Virus record (IMG/VR): IMGVR_UViG_3300027852_000009
Coordinates: 1-45,729 of that record
From: a virus
Strand: one strand, 5' to 3'
Length of the DNA stretch: 45,729 nt
How positions within the stretch are numbered: the stretch's first letter is position 1; each line of letters starts with the position of its first letter. Below the pieces are notes generated by a model. That model made no database searches, was not told the DNA's origin, and saw only the letters and a program-made list of their open reading frames with translations. The position numbers and the translations under genes are program-made. Below, in pieces: positions 8,315-17,224 of this stretch.

Positions 8315-10324
8315 ATGGCTAAGGAACTGAGTGACGATAAACTCGCCACCATCCTCGAAAAAGCCATCTCCAACTCTGAACACATGCACGATGGCGCTCT
8401 GGCAAAGGAGCGTCAAACGGTAGGCGAATATTACCGTGGTGAACTACCCAAGCCCCTCCATAAAGGTGACAGCAAGTATGTCTCACGCGATGTCTTTGAC
8501 ACCGTGGACAGTATGCGGGCCACCGTTGTGGAAGCCTTCTTGGCGAATAACCGCATTGTGTATTTCCGCCCTGAAAAGGGTGAGACAGTTGAAGGTGCAA
8601 AGCAGGCTACAGAATACACCCGTCACGTCTTCTTCAAGGAGAACAAGGGTGAAGAACTTCTGTATGACACCTGCACAGATGGACTGATGAACCGCTTTGC
8701 CGTGGTCAAGGTCCGGTTCGAAGAAACCCCTGAGGATGAAGAATACGAATTCGAAGGTTTGACACCTGATGAACTGACAATGCAGGTTGCTGGATACACC
8801 GAGTTCGAATTCAAGGACGCTGAAGTCTCAGACAATGGGCTGTATTCAGGAACCTTTATGGTCCCGAAGAAGACCCAAAAGATCGTCTGTGAGAGCGTCC
8901 AGCCTGAAGACTTTCTGGTCTCATCCCGTTGTGCTGATCTATCTAAGGCAAAGTACGCCATCCATCGGACGGAGAAGTCCAAATCCCAACTGATTAAGAT
9001 GGGCTTCCCCCGCAAGATTATCGACAAGATCACCTTCAGCACCCGATCTGACCTGTCTCTGGATATGGAAAAGGATGCTCGGTTTGAAGGTCTGGATGAC
9101 ATCATTCCTACAGATGAGGACTATGACGACAGTGTTGGCCAAGTGGTCATGTACGAAGTCTACATCCGGATCGACATGGAAGGCAAAGGAACAAACTCAA
9201 TCTGGAAGGTCTGCTACGCGGACAACAAGATTTTGGAAAAGGAAAAGGTCTCCCGGTTCCCCTTCGCTACCTTTGTACCGCTCCCTCGTGCCCACACATT
9301 CAGTGGTGAGAACTTTGCCCATGCAGTGATCCCCGTGCAGAACGCTCGGACGGTCCTGATCCGGCAAATCATCAACCACTCACTGATCACCAACAACCCT
9401 CGACAGATGGTCATGAATGGCACCATGAGGAACCCCAATGAACTCCTTGAGAACCGTATGGGTGGTGTGGTGAACGTGACACGAATGGATGGTATTTCGC
9501 CTATCCCTCAGGCCCCTTTGAACCCCTTTATCTTCAACCTCATCGCCATGATTGACGAGGACAAGGAAGAGACCACAGGTATCTCAAAGCTGTCCCAAGG
9601 GATGAACAAGGACGCTGTATCCACCCAGAATAGCCAAGGTATGGTCGAACAGTTGATCAATCAGTCCCAACAGAGGACGAAGATCATCACTCGCCGCTTT
9701 GGGCTGTTCGTCAAAGAAGTTTACGGCCTGATCAATCAGATGGCTGTTGACTATGTGGACGAGGCAGAATTCCAGTCTGTCACTGGCGAGTATGTCGAAG
9801 TCAACCCGTCCGAATGGATGGAGCGAACCCCTGCCAGTATTGAACTGACACTTGGCTATGGTGAGCAACAGCAGGAGAGCGACAAGTGGATGCAGATCGA
9901 CCAATACCTAGCCCAAGACCCTGAGTTGAAGCCCGGTTATGGTTACGCCCAGCGCTATGAGGTGATCAGTCGATCCCTTGAGGCCCGTGGTGTTGAGGAT
10001 ATGCAATCCTTCATGACGCCACCAGAAGAGATGAAACCGCCGGAGCCAAACCCAGCGGAAGAACTGCAACTTGCCCAGCTACAGGCCCAGGTTGAGGTGA
10101 CCAAGGCACAAGCCCAAGCCACCATGATCAAAGCCGAGACTGACCGCATGAAGGCCCAAGCTGACCTTCTACGTGCGCAGTCTGATGCTCAATTCAAGCA
10201 GAACGACATCGCTATGTCGGCCATCCAGTTTGACCATGATCGTTACATCGACACGGAAGAACTCAAGGCTGCGAAATCACTGCCTGAAGATCAAGTATCG
10301 GCATCGTTCAACCCGAACGAATAA
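8315..10324 (+). CDS. Portal protein
   Basis: 669-aa ORF directly after TerL, with a coiled/acidic C-terminal tail. Size and position are canonical for a portal. The junction sequence CTAAAGGAAACTGAATG is shared with the start at 662. Confidence 0.75.
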   Translation: MAKELSDDKLATILEKAISNSEHMHDGALAKERQTVGEYYRGELPKPLHKGDSKYVSRDVFDTVDSMRATVVEAFLANNRIVYFRPEKGETVEGAKQATEYTRHVFFKENKGEELLYDTCTDGLMNRFAVVKVRFEETPEDEEYEFEGLTPDELTMQVAGYTEFEFKDAEVSDNGLYSGTFMVPKKTQKIVCESVQPEDFLVSSRCADLSKAKYAIHRTEKSKSQLIKMGFPRKIIDKITFSTRSDLSLDMEKDARFEGLDDIIPTDEDYDDSVGQVVMYEVYIRIDMEGKGTNSIWKVCYADNKILEKEKVSRFPFATFVPLPRAHTFSGENFAHAVIPVQNARTVLIRQIINHSLITNNPRQMVMNGTMRNPNELLENRMGGVVNVTRMDGISPIPQAPLNPFIFNLIAMIDEDKEETTGISKLSQGMNKDAVSTQNSQGMVEQLINQSQQRTKIITRRFGLFVKEVYGLINQMAVDYVDEAEFQSVTGEYVEVNPSEWMERTPASIELTLGYGEQQQESDKWMQIDQYLAQDPELKPGYGYAQRYEVISRSLEARGVEDMQSFMTPPEEMKPPEPNPAEELQLAQLQAQVEVTKAQAQATMIKAETDRMKAQADLLRAQSDAQFKQNDIAMSAIQFDHDRYIDTEELKAAKSLPEDQVSASFNPNE

Positions 10325-10338
10325 CTCAAGACCCTCCT

Positions 10339-10352
10339 TTGGACTTATCCAA
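10339..10352. repeat. Element copy 4
   Basis: TTGGACTTATCCAA after the portal stop. Arms extend to 12 nt (10332-10359). Confidence 0.9.
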
Positions 10353-10376
10353 GGGAGGGCATCACAAGGAGAGATT

Positions 10377-10652
10377 GTGACACCTATCACCGAACAAGAA
10401 GCGGTTCGTATGGGTATGGAGTTCCGGAGGCTGACTAACAGCCCTGACTTCGACACCGTGATCGAAATGCTCAAACACCAATACCAATCACAGATCAGTG
10501 GTTCAGACCTAGCCGACAAGGCAGGCCGAGAAGCCTCATTCCAACAGATACGATCCTTGGATGAACTGATCACAACTTTCAACACATTCATCGCAATTGC
10601 AGAGGCCGACATCTTGGACGCCCCCTTCGATGAAGACAACATTTTTGAATAA
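10377..10652 (+). CDS. Hypothetical small head-module protein
   Basis: GTG start preceded by AAGGAGAG. In-frame alternative ATG at 10410. Lies between portal and scaffold. Confidence 0.5.
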   Translation: MTPITEQEAVRMGMEFRRLTNSPDFDTVIEMLKHQYQSQISGSDLADKAGREASFQQIRSLDELITTFNTFIAIAEADILDAPFDEDNIFE

Positions 10653-10666
10653 GGAACATCTATCCA

Positions 10667-11692
10667 ATGGACGATGATCTAACTTTTCTGGCCCAAGAGC
10701 CGGATGAACTCGACGCTGCTGAAGCGATGCTGAAGGCAATGGACACCGACGATGAAAATCTATCGGACGACGATGCTGACAACGACCCCGACAACCAAGG
10801 GGATGACAATGAGGATACCTCCGAGAACGGCGAAGACCCTCAGGACGACGAAGACCACGACCCAGAAGCTGACGACACTGACGATGACGATGACGATGCT
10901 GGTGACGATGATGATGACGCTGATGCAGATGATGCAGATGCCGAACCGTCTGACATTGCCGACGAAGTTGAAATTCTGGTCAAGGTCAACGGTAAGGACG
11001 AACGTGTATCTATCGGAGACCTGAAGCGACTTGCCGGTCAAGAAGTTTCCCTCGGCCAGAAGGCACAGGCTGTTGCTGAACAACGCCGTACCCTCGACGC
11101 ACAAGGCGTATATGTTGCCAAGATCATGCAGACCCGTTGGGACGCCGCTAAGGCCGAACAGGCGAAGTATGCCAACGTAGACCTCTACCGTGCATCCCGT
11201 GAATTGGAGACAGACGAATTTGAAGCCCTCAGGGCGGCAAAGGAAGGTGCTGACAATGAAATCGTAGCCATCGAACGTGAAGGCGCTGAATTCATCAAGA
11301 CCACCAATGACCACAAACAGAACCTCCTTCGGGAGCAGGCCAAGGAAAGCCTGAAGGTCATCGCTGAGAAAATCCCTGATTGGTCAGACAAGCTGTACGA
11401 CGAAGTTCGCACGTTTGCCATTGGCCAAGGTATGGACAGCCAACAAGTCAATGAAATTGTGGACCCCGGTGCCATCATTATGATGCACAAGGCGATGCAA
11501 TTCGACAACCTCCAATCCTCGAAAGCCAAGGTCACCAAAAAGGTCACCAAGGCCCCTCGCAAGTCCGTCTCTGCCTCAGTGAAGGCCACGGACGCGAAAG
11601 CATCGAAACTCAAATCCACCCGCCGCACAGCGGTTGAAACAGGCGACGTTGATGATGTCACCGCTCTGTTTCTTGCAACAATGGAAGAATAA
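10667..11692 (+). CDS. Scaffolding protein (putative)
   Basis: 341 aa with an extremely acidic N-terminal Asp/Glu tract, then a helical Lys/Glu/Ala-rich region. Lies immediately upstream of the major capsid gene. Confidence 0.6.
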   Translation: MDDDLTFLAQEPDELDAAEAMLKAMDTDDENLSDDDADNDPDNQGDDNEDTSENGEDPQDDEDHDPEADDTDDDDDDAGDDDDDADADDADAEPSDIADEVEILVKVNGKDERVSIGDLKRLAGQEVSLGQKAQAVAEQRRTLDAQGVYVAKIMQTRWDAAKAEQAKYANVDLYRASRELETDEFEALRAAKEGADNEIVAIEREGAEFIKTTNDHKQNLLREQAKESLKVIAEKIPDWSDKLYDEVRTFAIGQGMDSQQVNEIVDPGAIIMMHKAMQFDNLQSSKAKVTKKVTKAPRKSVSASVKATDAKASKLKSTRRTAVETGDVDDVTALFLATMEE

Positions 11693-11701
11693 GGAAAATA
11701 A

Positions 11702-12589
11702 ATGCCTACTCATGTAAAGACTTTCGATCTGGTCGGTAAAAAAGAAAGCGTTTCCGAGTATATCTCTCTGATCACCCCTTCGGACGTTCCTTTCCTGTCC
11801 TCGGTCAAGTCGGAAAAGATCACCTCGACCCTGGAACAGTGGCAGGAAGACCAGTTGCGCGCCGTGACCAAGAACACCAACCTTGAAGGTGCCGACGCTG
11901 TAGATAGCAACCGTGACCAGCCTTCGATGCGTCAGAACGGCACCCAAATCTTGGAAGAGACTTTCAAGGTGTCTGGTACTTCTGAAGCTGTGAAGCTGTA
12001 TGGCCGCGCCTCGGTTGTCGCCCGTGAAACCATGAAGACCGGCAAGTTGCTGAAGATGGACATGGAACACTCGCTGGTTGGTACTGGTCAGACCTACGTT
12101 GTCGCTGCTGCTGCCACTGAAGGTGAATTCGCTGGTGTGCAGGCTCAGATCGCTGCTGGTGTGACCACTACTAACGTGTCCACTGCGCTGACTGAAGACA
12201 ACATCGTTGATACTCACGAACTGATGTATAACGAAGGCTCTGACGCTGGTATCCTGATGGTTAAACCTTCGGACACCAAGATCATCTCTGCCTTTGCTCA
12301 GGCGTCCGGTCGGACTGCTGACGTGAAGAATGGTGACAAGAAGCTGACTTCGGTTATCAACGTCTACGAAGGCCCCTTTGGTACCGTCCGTGTTGTCAAG
12401 AACCGCCGTATCCGTGCTACCGATGCGCTCCTGTATGATCCCAAGAACTGGAAAATCCTGACGCTTCGGAACTGGTTCCGTACCAAGCTGGCGAAGACCG
12501 GAGATGCCGACCGTTGGCAGGTTGTTGGTGAATTCTCGCTGAAGCACGTCAACCAGTTGGCCACCGGCCTGATCACCGGCCTGTCGTAA
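11702..12589 (+). CDS. Major capsid protein (HK97-fold type)
   Basis: 295 aa. Follows the scaffold gene and is followed by a strong intrinsic terminator. The N-terminus (FDLVGKKESVSEYISLITPSDVPFLS...EQWQEDQL) resembles the podoviral DUF5309-type coat family from memory. Confidence 0.8.
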   Translation: MPTHVKTFDLVGKKESVSEYISLITPSDVPFLSSVKSEKITSTLEQWQEDQLRAVTKNTNLEGADAVDSNRDQPSMRQNGTQILEETFKVSGTSEAVKLYGRASVVARETMKTGKLLKMDMEHSLVGTGQTYVVAAAATEGEFAGVQAQIAAGVTTTNVSTALTEDNIVDTHELMYNEGSDAGILMVKPSDTKIISAFAQASGRTADVKNGDKKLTSVINVYEGPFGTVRVVKNRRIRATDALLYDPKNWKILTLRNWFRTKLAKTGDADRWQVVGEFSLKHVNQLATGLITGLS

Positions 12590-12607
12590 GGCCCAACCAA
12601 AGCTGCC

Positions 12608-12621
12608 TTGGATTAGTCCAA
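12608..12621. repeat. Element copy 5
   Basis: TTGGATTAGTCCAA between the capsid stop and the terminator. Outer arms GCTGCC / GGTAGCAGC. Confidence 0.9.
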
Positions 12622-12633
12622 GGTAGCAGCCTA

Positions 12634-12670
12634 GCCGCTCTGGTGTCTCTCCCACTAGGGCGGCTTTTCT
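12634..12670 (+). terminator. Rho-independent terminator after the capsid gene
   Basis: 12-bp stem GCCGCTCTGGTG / CACTAGGGCGGC (two G-U pairs), 7-nt loop, then TTTTCT. Confidence 0.75.
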
Positions 12671-12694
12671 ATGCTTGGAGAGGATGGAGAGAAT

Positions 12695-12985
12695 ATGAAA
12701 TTCATCGACCCAACTGAAAACCTGATCCTTGGTGAAGATACTGACGTTATCACGTCCAGCCAAGTGATCACAGACGACTTCCTTGATGACTTGGAGCAAC
12801 AGAAAGAAGACTTCCGGTTTCGACTGAACGGTCTGACATCCGTGGCCAGCATCCCTGAAAGCGTTGTCAATAAATGGCTCCGAGAAGGCTTCGACTTCTG
12901 GAACGCCCCCGCAAAAGACATCCTCCGCAAGATGCGAGTGGATGAATATCAAAAGTTCATCATCTCAGGCAACAAGACGTTCTGA
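12695..12985 (+). CDS. Hypothetical virion-module protein
   Basis: ATG at 12695 preceded by GGAGAGGATGGAGAG. 96 aa, acidic. Confidence 0.55.
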   Translation: MKFIDPTENLILGEDTDVITSSQVITDDFLDDLEQQKEDFRFRLNGLTSVASIPESVVNKWLREGFDFWNAPAKDILRKMRVDEYQKFIISGNKTF

Positions 12986-12988
12986 CCC

Positions 12989-13002
12989 TTGGACTAATCC
13001 AA
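12989..13002. repeat. Element copy 6
   Basis: TTGGACTAATCCAA followed by AGGAGACCAAATG (start at 13013). Confidence 0.9.
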
Positions 13003-13012
13003 AGGAGACCAA

Positions 13013-13603
13013 ATGACTTACGGCGAACTCCGTGAACAATTCCTAGAACTTCTAAACCGTAACGACTGTGATACTGCACTTGCTGATAGGTTCATTGAAA
13101 TGGGCCTTCGTCGTATAGAACGATTGCTCAGAACCCCACTTCAACGCTTCCAACAAGACACAGTGGTTGGTGTTGGTGGTATGACTGAATTCCCAGTACC
13201 CACAGATTATCTGGCCATGCATTATCTCAAAGTGGATGACGTAATGGTCCCTCGGATAACCCCCAACCAATTTGATGACTTCTCTGGTTGGTTCATTGAG
13301 GACGCCTCGTTTCGTTTCTCCTATGAAGTCCCTGAGGGAGCCGCAGTCAGCCTTGTCTACTACAATGAATTCCTTTTTCCAGCCGTGGCTGATGGTGACA
13401 TCACCGAGTACACGTTGGTCCTCCCAGACATCATGATCTACTCCGCAATGTTCTTCGCCTGCACCCACTTCATGGACGACCGTAAGTCTGGTTTTGAAGG
13501 TGATCTGAGTGTCTTGATTCAGGAGCTTCAGATGATGGTCAACTTGGACGAGTGGACAGGAACTGGCCTACAAGTAACCCCACAAGGAGGGGGTATCGTA
13601 TGA
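13013..13603 (+). CDS. Hypothetical head-tail adaptor-like protein
   Basis: 196 aa. Start preceded by element copy plus AGGAG. Function guessed from its position between the capsid and fibre genes. Confidence 0.35.
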   Translation: MTYGELREQFLELLNRNDCDTALADRFIEMGLRRIERLLRTPLQRFQQDTVVGVGGMTEFPVPTDYLAMHYLKVDDVMVPRITPNQFDDFSGWFIEDASFRFSYEVPEGAAVSLVYYNEFLFPAVADGDITEYTLVLPDIMIYSAMFFACTHFMDDRKSGFEGDLSVLIQELQMMVNLDEWTGTGLQVTPQGGGIV

Positions 13604-15666
13604 CTGAACCACACAGAAATGCTACATCCCTATATGCCATCAAAGGTGGTCAGATTGGGAACAACATACTTACTGAACTCCTTCGCGGCCTCTCGTCCTA
13701 CAATCTCTGGATTGAACTTGGGAATGAGGGAACAGAAGAGGACTACCTAGAATGGCTCAGAGGCCCTCAAGGAATCCCAGGTATCGGAATTCAAGGTATC
13801 CAAGGCCCACCCGGTCCTGAAGGCAGTGTAGCCTCAGACCCAGGTTCATCCTTCGTCATCTATGCTCAGAAATACGCTCCTAGTTCATCTGGCCATTTAA
13901 CAATCGGGGCCACAGATGGTGACCCTAATGCAGTCTTTGTGGCACCTGTAGGGTTCCATATGGATTGTCTGACATTCGCTACAAGCGCTGAGGCAGGTCT
14001 TACCTATGATATGACGGTAAAGGTCTGGGTCAACGGTGTGATGAGACATGGTAGTGTCATCGCTTCTGGGACTGGGAAAACCACCATAGTTGATGACGGG
14101 ATAGATGTGGCTGTTTCTGCTGGCGACACTATCAACCTAACGTACACTTGTGGTGGTGTGAACAGCAGCCTAACCATTACAACAGCCATTCACTGTTCCT
14201 CTGGACGTGGTGGTGGTTTCTTTGACCTACGATGTGCCCAAGCACAGTGGTCAGATAATGGTTTCTGGATGTCTTGGGGTGATCGTAATGCGTATGGCAG
14301 AGAAGGTATGCCTGCACCTATGAACTACCAACTAGACACAATAACACTTGGGTTTGACCGCGCGCCTGATTACGACACGGGTACTCTGGAAGTCTACATT
14401 GATGGGGCTGTTGTAGCGACTGCTAATGTGTCTAACACTACCGAACAGACTCTTGGGCCTTTTGGCTTGGACGTATCCAAAGGAGACCGTATTGGTTTCA
14501 AAGTAATTGGCGACTTGGATGGCTTAGGTGGTACTCTAAACTGTAAATTACTAGCCTCATGTTTTGATGCTAATGGCGATGGCGGTGTGTCGCAACACAT
14601 GGTTGTTGGGTCTAATAAGGACATGGACAACGGTGAGGCGTATGGTCATTTAGGAGCCTATGTTGTCCCTAAGGATTGTACGATGACCGCTGTTGGCATG
14701 GGCTTCTACGAGTCAGTATCGGTGACAGAGCATATACTGTATTACTCGTTAAATGGTGGTACTTCTACTGAACTAATGACTCTCCCTATCGGCTATCAGG
14801 GTTTAAGTTCTACTGGACTGTCTTTGGCTCTTTCTGCTGGTGACATTATTGAATTTACCCACACTGGTGGGGATAGTGGCACCACTGGTACTGCAAGTGT
14901 CGTTTTCGAATACGCTGCCACTGGTGTCGTGGACTACCCTAAAGTTCCTTTAATCACTTCAGGGACCACAGGGTATGCTATCACTGTCAATGCAACTGAA
15001 GACGCCTATGAGTTGACAGGGCCATACTCTGATGGCGCTGACGGTCTTGATGGTGCTACAGGTCCAGCAGGCGCTGACGGTCTTGATGGTGCTACAGGTC
15101 CAACAGGTCCAACAGGTCCAGCAGGCGCTGACGGTCTTGATGGTGCTACAGGTCCAACAGGTCCAGCAGGCGCTGACGGTCTTGATGGTGCTACAGGTCC
15201 AGCTGGTCCAGCAGGCGCTGATGGAGTTGATGGTGTGCTTTCTGGGACCGTAGCAGAATTCAACACGGCTTTGTCGGATGGAGACTTTGCAACTCTAAGT
15301 GGCGTTGAAGACCTAACCTTTAAAACGCTATCTAGGCCCTACATTATCCATGGTGTTGATTGGTCAACCTCCACCGCTAGGACATTGGTTATCACAGACA
15401 TTGCTAAGAAGATTTTCATGGTTAGTGCTTCTCCCAACACGGTAACAATCCCAACAAATGCATCTGTACCGTTCTTAGCTGGTTCTATCATAGGTATCAC
15501 CACGTATGGCGCTGGTACAACTTCAATTGTGGCTGACACAGGTGTGTATGTGAATGGGGTTTTGGCTGGTGCCACTACAATCCTTAATCAGTATTCAGGT
15601 GTCACGCTAACTTATGTAGGGACAGATACATGGGTGCTGGAAGGTAATCACGGTGTAATTTCATGA
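13600..15666 (+). CDS. Tail fibre with collagen-like Gly-X-Y repeats
   Basis: ATGA overlap with the upstream stop and SD AAGGAGGGGG. Contains GPQGIPGIGIQGIQGPPGPEG and a long (GADGLDGATGPxGP)n block. Confidence 0.8.
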   Translation: MTEPHRNATSLYAIKGGQIGNNILTELLRGLSSYNLWIELGNEGTEEDYLEWLRGPQGIPGIGIQGIQGPPGPEGSVASDPGSSFVIYAQKYAPSSSGHLTIGATDGDPNAVFVAPVGFHMDCLTFATSAEAGLTYDMTVKVWVNGVMRHGSVIASGTGKTTIVDDGIDVAVSAGDTINLTYTCGGVNSSLTITTAIHCSSGRGGGFFDLRCAQAQWSDNGFWMSWGDRNAYGREGMPAPMNYQLDTITLGFDRAPDYDTGTLEVYIDGAVVATANVSNTTEQTLGPFGLDVSKGDRIGFKVIGDLDGLGGTLNCKLLASCFDANGDGGVSQHMVVGSNKDMDNGEAYGHLGAYVVPKDCTMTAVGMGFYESVSVTEHILYYSLNGGTSTELMTLPIGYQGLSSTGLSLALSAGDIIEFTHTGGDSGTTGTASVVFEYAATGVVDYPKVPLITSGTTGYAITVNATEDAYELTGPYSDGADGLDGATGPAGADGLDGATGPTGPTGPAGADGLDGATGPTGPAGADGLDGATGPAGPAGADGVDGVLSGTVAEFNTALSDGDFATLSGVEDLTFKTLSRPYIIHGVDWSTSTARTLVITDIAKKIFMVSASPNTVTIPTNASVPFLAGSIIGITTYGAGTTSIVADTGVYVNGVLAGATTILNQYSGVTLTYVGTDTWVLEGNHGVIS
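14467..14480. repeat. Element copy 7 (intragenic)
   Basis: TTGGACGTATCCAA plus AGGAGACC inside the fibre CDS, read as L-D-V-S-K. No start codon follows. Confidence 0.85.
15034..15234 (+). repeat. In-frame tandem DNA repeat encoding a collagen-like triple-helix segment
   Basis: About 4.5 copies of GGCGCTGACGGTCTTGATGGTGCTACAGGTCCA plus a variable number of (ACA/GCA/GCT)GGTCCA units. Confidence 0.95.
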
Positions 15667-16367
15667 GTCTTTTAGCGTTCCAAAATCAGAGGTGGGGTAT
15701 AAATTCCGTATCATCGCCGCCTGCTGTCCCCGTGCTAACTTTTAACTCCGCTACCTTGATCAGTAGCTCTGACGATGTTGTCGTAGCATACCCAACTGGT
15801 ATTGCATCAGGGGATTTGATTGTCGTCTACGCGGCCTCAGACAGTGTGACAGGTATTAATAACTTCCTCACACCATCTGGATACACCTTACACAGCAGTA
15901 CAGGTAGTGACACTACTGACTCTATGATTAACATTTTCAGCAAAAGCGCTGATGGGACTGAAACTGGTAACCTAACAGTTGAAGCCCTTGGGACTACCAA
16001 TGTGGATCGTGCTGTCTATGTGATGAGGCTGACAGATGGAACCAACGGAGTATCTATGGGTGTTGTAGGGACGCCTGCTGCTTATAAATCAGATAGCAGC
16101 GTCACAATACCATCAATCACGACGACTGAGGATAATAGTTTGCTATTGGCTATGGTCTCATTTGACGGTTCTGACGCTACTGCTTGGTCCTATACCAACT
16201 CCTACACTGAAGAAGGTTCAGCCTCCATAGGCGGGGCTGGTGGTATTGGCTCGTCCTTCGCTTCCAAACCCCATGCAACAGCAGGGGCCTCTGGTACAAC
16301 CACAGCATCTCAAACCCTAGCTGACGGTATTGGTGGTATCCAAATCTCTGTCCATTCAACCCCATAA
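15663..16367 (+). CDS. Hypothetical tail-associated protein
   Basis: 234-aa ORF with ATGA overlap to the fibre gene. Ser/Thr/Gly-rich. Confidence 0.5.
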   Translation: MSLLAFQNQRWGINSVSSPPAVPVLTFNSATLISSSDDVVVAYPTGIASGDLIVVYAASDSVTGINNFLTPSGYTLHSSTGSDTTDSMINIFSKSADGTETGNLTVEALGTTNVDRAVYVMRLTDGTNGVSMGVVGTPAAYKSDSSVTIPSITTTEDNSLLLAMVSFDGSDATAWSYTNSYTEEGSASIGGAGGIGSSFASKPHATAGASGTTTASQTLADGIGGIQISVHSTP

Positions 16368-16377
16368 AGGACAACCT

Positions 16378-16590
16378 ATGCCCAACCAAACCGTCCCTGA
16401 CATCTTAAATAATCACGGAAAGGAAGTAGCCGACTTGGCCGCTGCATCTACAGCGCTGGGCGCATACTTGTCATGGCTCCCTGAAATAGCGGCCTTATTG
16501 GCAATCATCTGGACTGGCATTCGCATAGGTGAATGGGTCTATGAAAAACTCAACAAAATCTTTCGGAAGGAGAGTAAACCCGATGGATAA
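16378..16590 (+). CDS. Small membrane protein (holin/antiholin candidate)
   Basis: 70 aa. SD AAAGGA. One clear hydrophobic segment (LPEIAALLAIIWTGIRIG) and a basic C-terminus. Overlaps the endolysin start. Confidence 0.5.
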   Translation: MPNQTVPDILNNHGKEVADLAAASTALGAYLSWLPEIAALLAIIWTGIRIGEWVYEKLNKIFRKESKPDG

Positions 16591-17224
16591 CTTCGACAAA
16601 TCATTTGAGCATACAGTGGGCCACGAAGGTGGCTTCACTCGTAACCGTAAAGACCGAGGCAACTGGACATCCGGTGTGGTCGGTAAGGGGGCCTTAAAGG
16701 GCACCAAGTATGGCATCTCAGCGATGACCTACCCTAACTACGATATTGAGAACCTGACACTGGACGTGGCCAAGGACATCTACCAGCACGACTTCTGGGC
16801 AGCTTCTGGCTGTGAAGGTCTGCCTATCGGGCTGGACTTCCTTGTCTTCGACGCTGCTGTGAACCATGGCCGGTCCCGGTCCATTAAGTTCCTCCAAGAA
16901 GCTATTGGGGCTGTCCCTGATGGTGTCCTTGGCCCTCGGACTATGAAGCGGGTCAACCAACGTGGCACCTTTGAGATGATCCAAGAGTTCTCGGTCCGCC
17001 GGGGGATGTTCTATGCAGGCATCAGCACGTTCGCCACCTTCGGGCTGGGATGGATGCGTCGTCTTATGGATACCACGGCTGAAGCCCACGTCATGCTTCG
17101 TGAGGATACTCTATCAACTATAGGGGCCTTGGACATCCCTGTGAACACCAACGCTCCATTGGATCAATCCAATGCAGAACCAGAGGCTCCCTCTCGAAGC
17201 TGGTTTCGGAGGTTCGTAGCGTGA
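16583..17224 (+). CDS. Endolysin (GH108-type lysozyme N-domain plus peptidoglycan-binding C-domain)
   Basis: FEHTVGHEGGFTRNRKDRGNWTSG...GTKYGIS matches the GH108 signature. Followed by FLVFDAAVNHG..., which looks like PG_binding_3. SD GGAAGGAGAG. Confidence 0.85.
   Translation: MDNFDKSFEHTVGHEGGFTRNRKDRGNWTSGVVGKGALKGTKYGISAMTYPNYDIENLTLDVAKDIYQHDFWAASGCEGLPIGLDFLVFDAAVNHGRSRSIKFLQEAIGAVPDGVLGPRTMKRVNQRGTFEMIQEFSVRRGMFYAGISTFATFGLGWMRRLMDTTAEAHVMLREDTLSTIGALDIPVNTNAPLDQSNAEPEAPSRSWFRRFVA
17159..17172. repeat. Element copy 8 (intragenic)
   Basis: TTGGATCAATCCAA near the endolysin C-terminus, read as L-D-Q-S-N. Confidence 0.9.

Noticed and set aside
10339-10352. Reading the frequent CTTATCCAA version of the palindromic element as DnaA boxes (consensus TTATCCACA).
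   Set aside because: The conserved C at box position 8 is replaced by A. The element is symmetric, with a conserved second arm that DnaA boxes lack. About 28 dispersed copies at gene boundaries do not fit an origin.
10752-11314. ORFs 10752..11024 (+) and 10760..11314 (-) inside the scaffold gene.
   Set aside because: They are alternative-frame or antisense readings of the GA(C/T)-rich acidic tract, giving repetitive T/M/V-rich translations. No independent start signals.
11576-12952. A 458-aa ORF on the minus strand, the longest unannotated ORF in the track.
   Set aside because: It lies antisense to the major capsid gene and its neighbours, has no SD or coupling context, and its composition is low complexity and Gly/Arg/Val-rich. 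This is a typical shadow ORF of a highly expressed plus-strand gene.
15006-15266. ORFs 15006..15266 (-) and 15032..15253 (+), and the possibility that the 15034-15234 repeat is a CRISPR-like array.
   Set aside because: The repeats are contiguous, with no unique spacers, and are in frame with the fibre gene as Gly-X-Y codons. The extra ORFs are other-frame readings of the same repeat.
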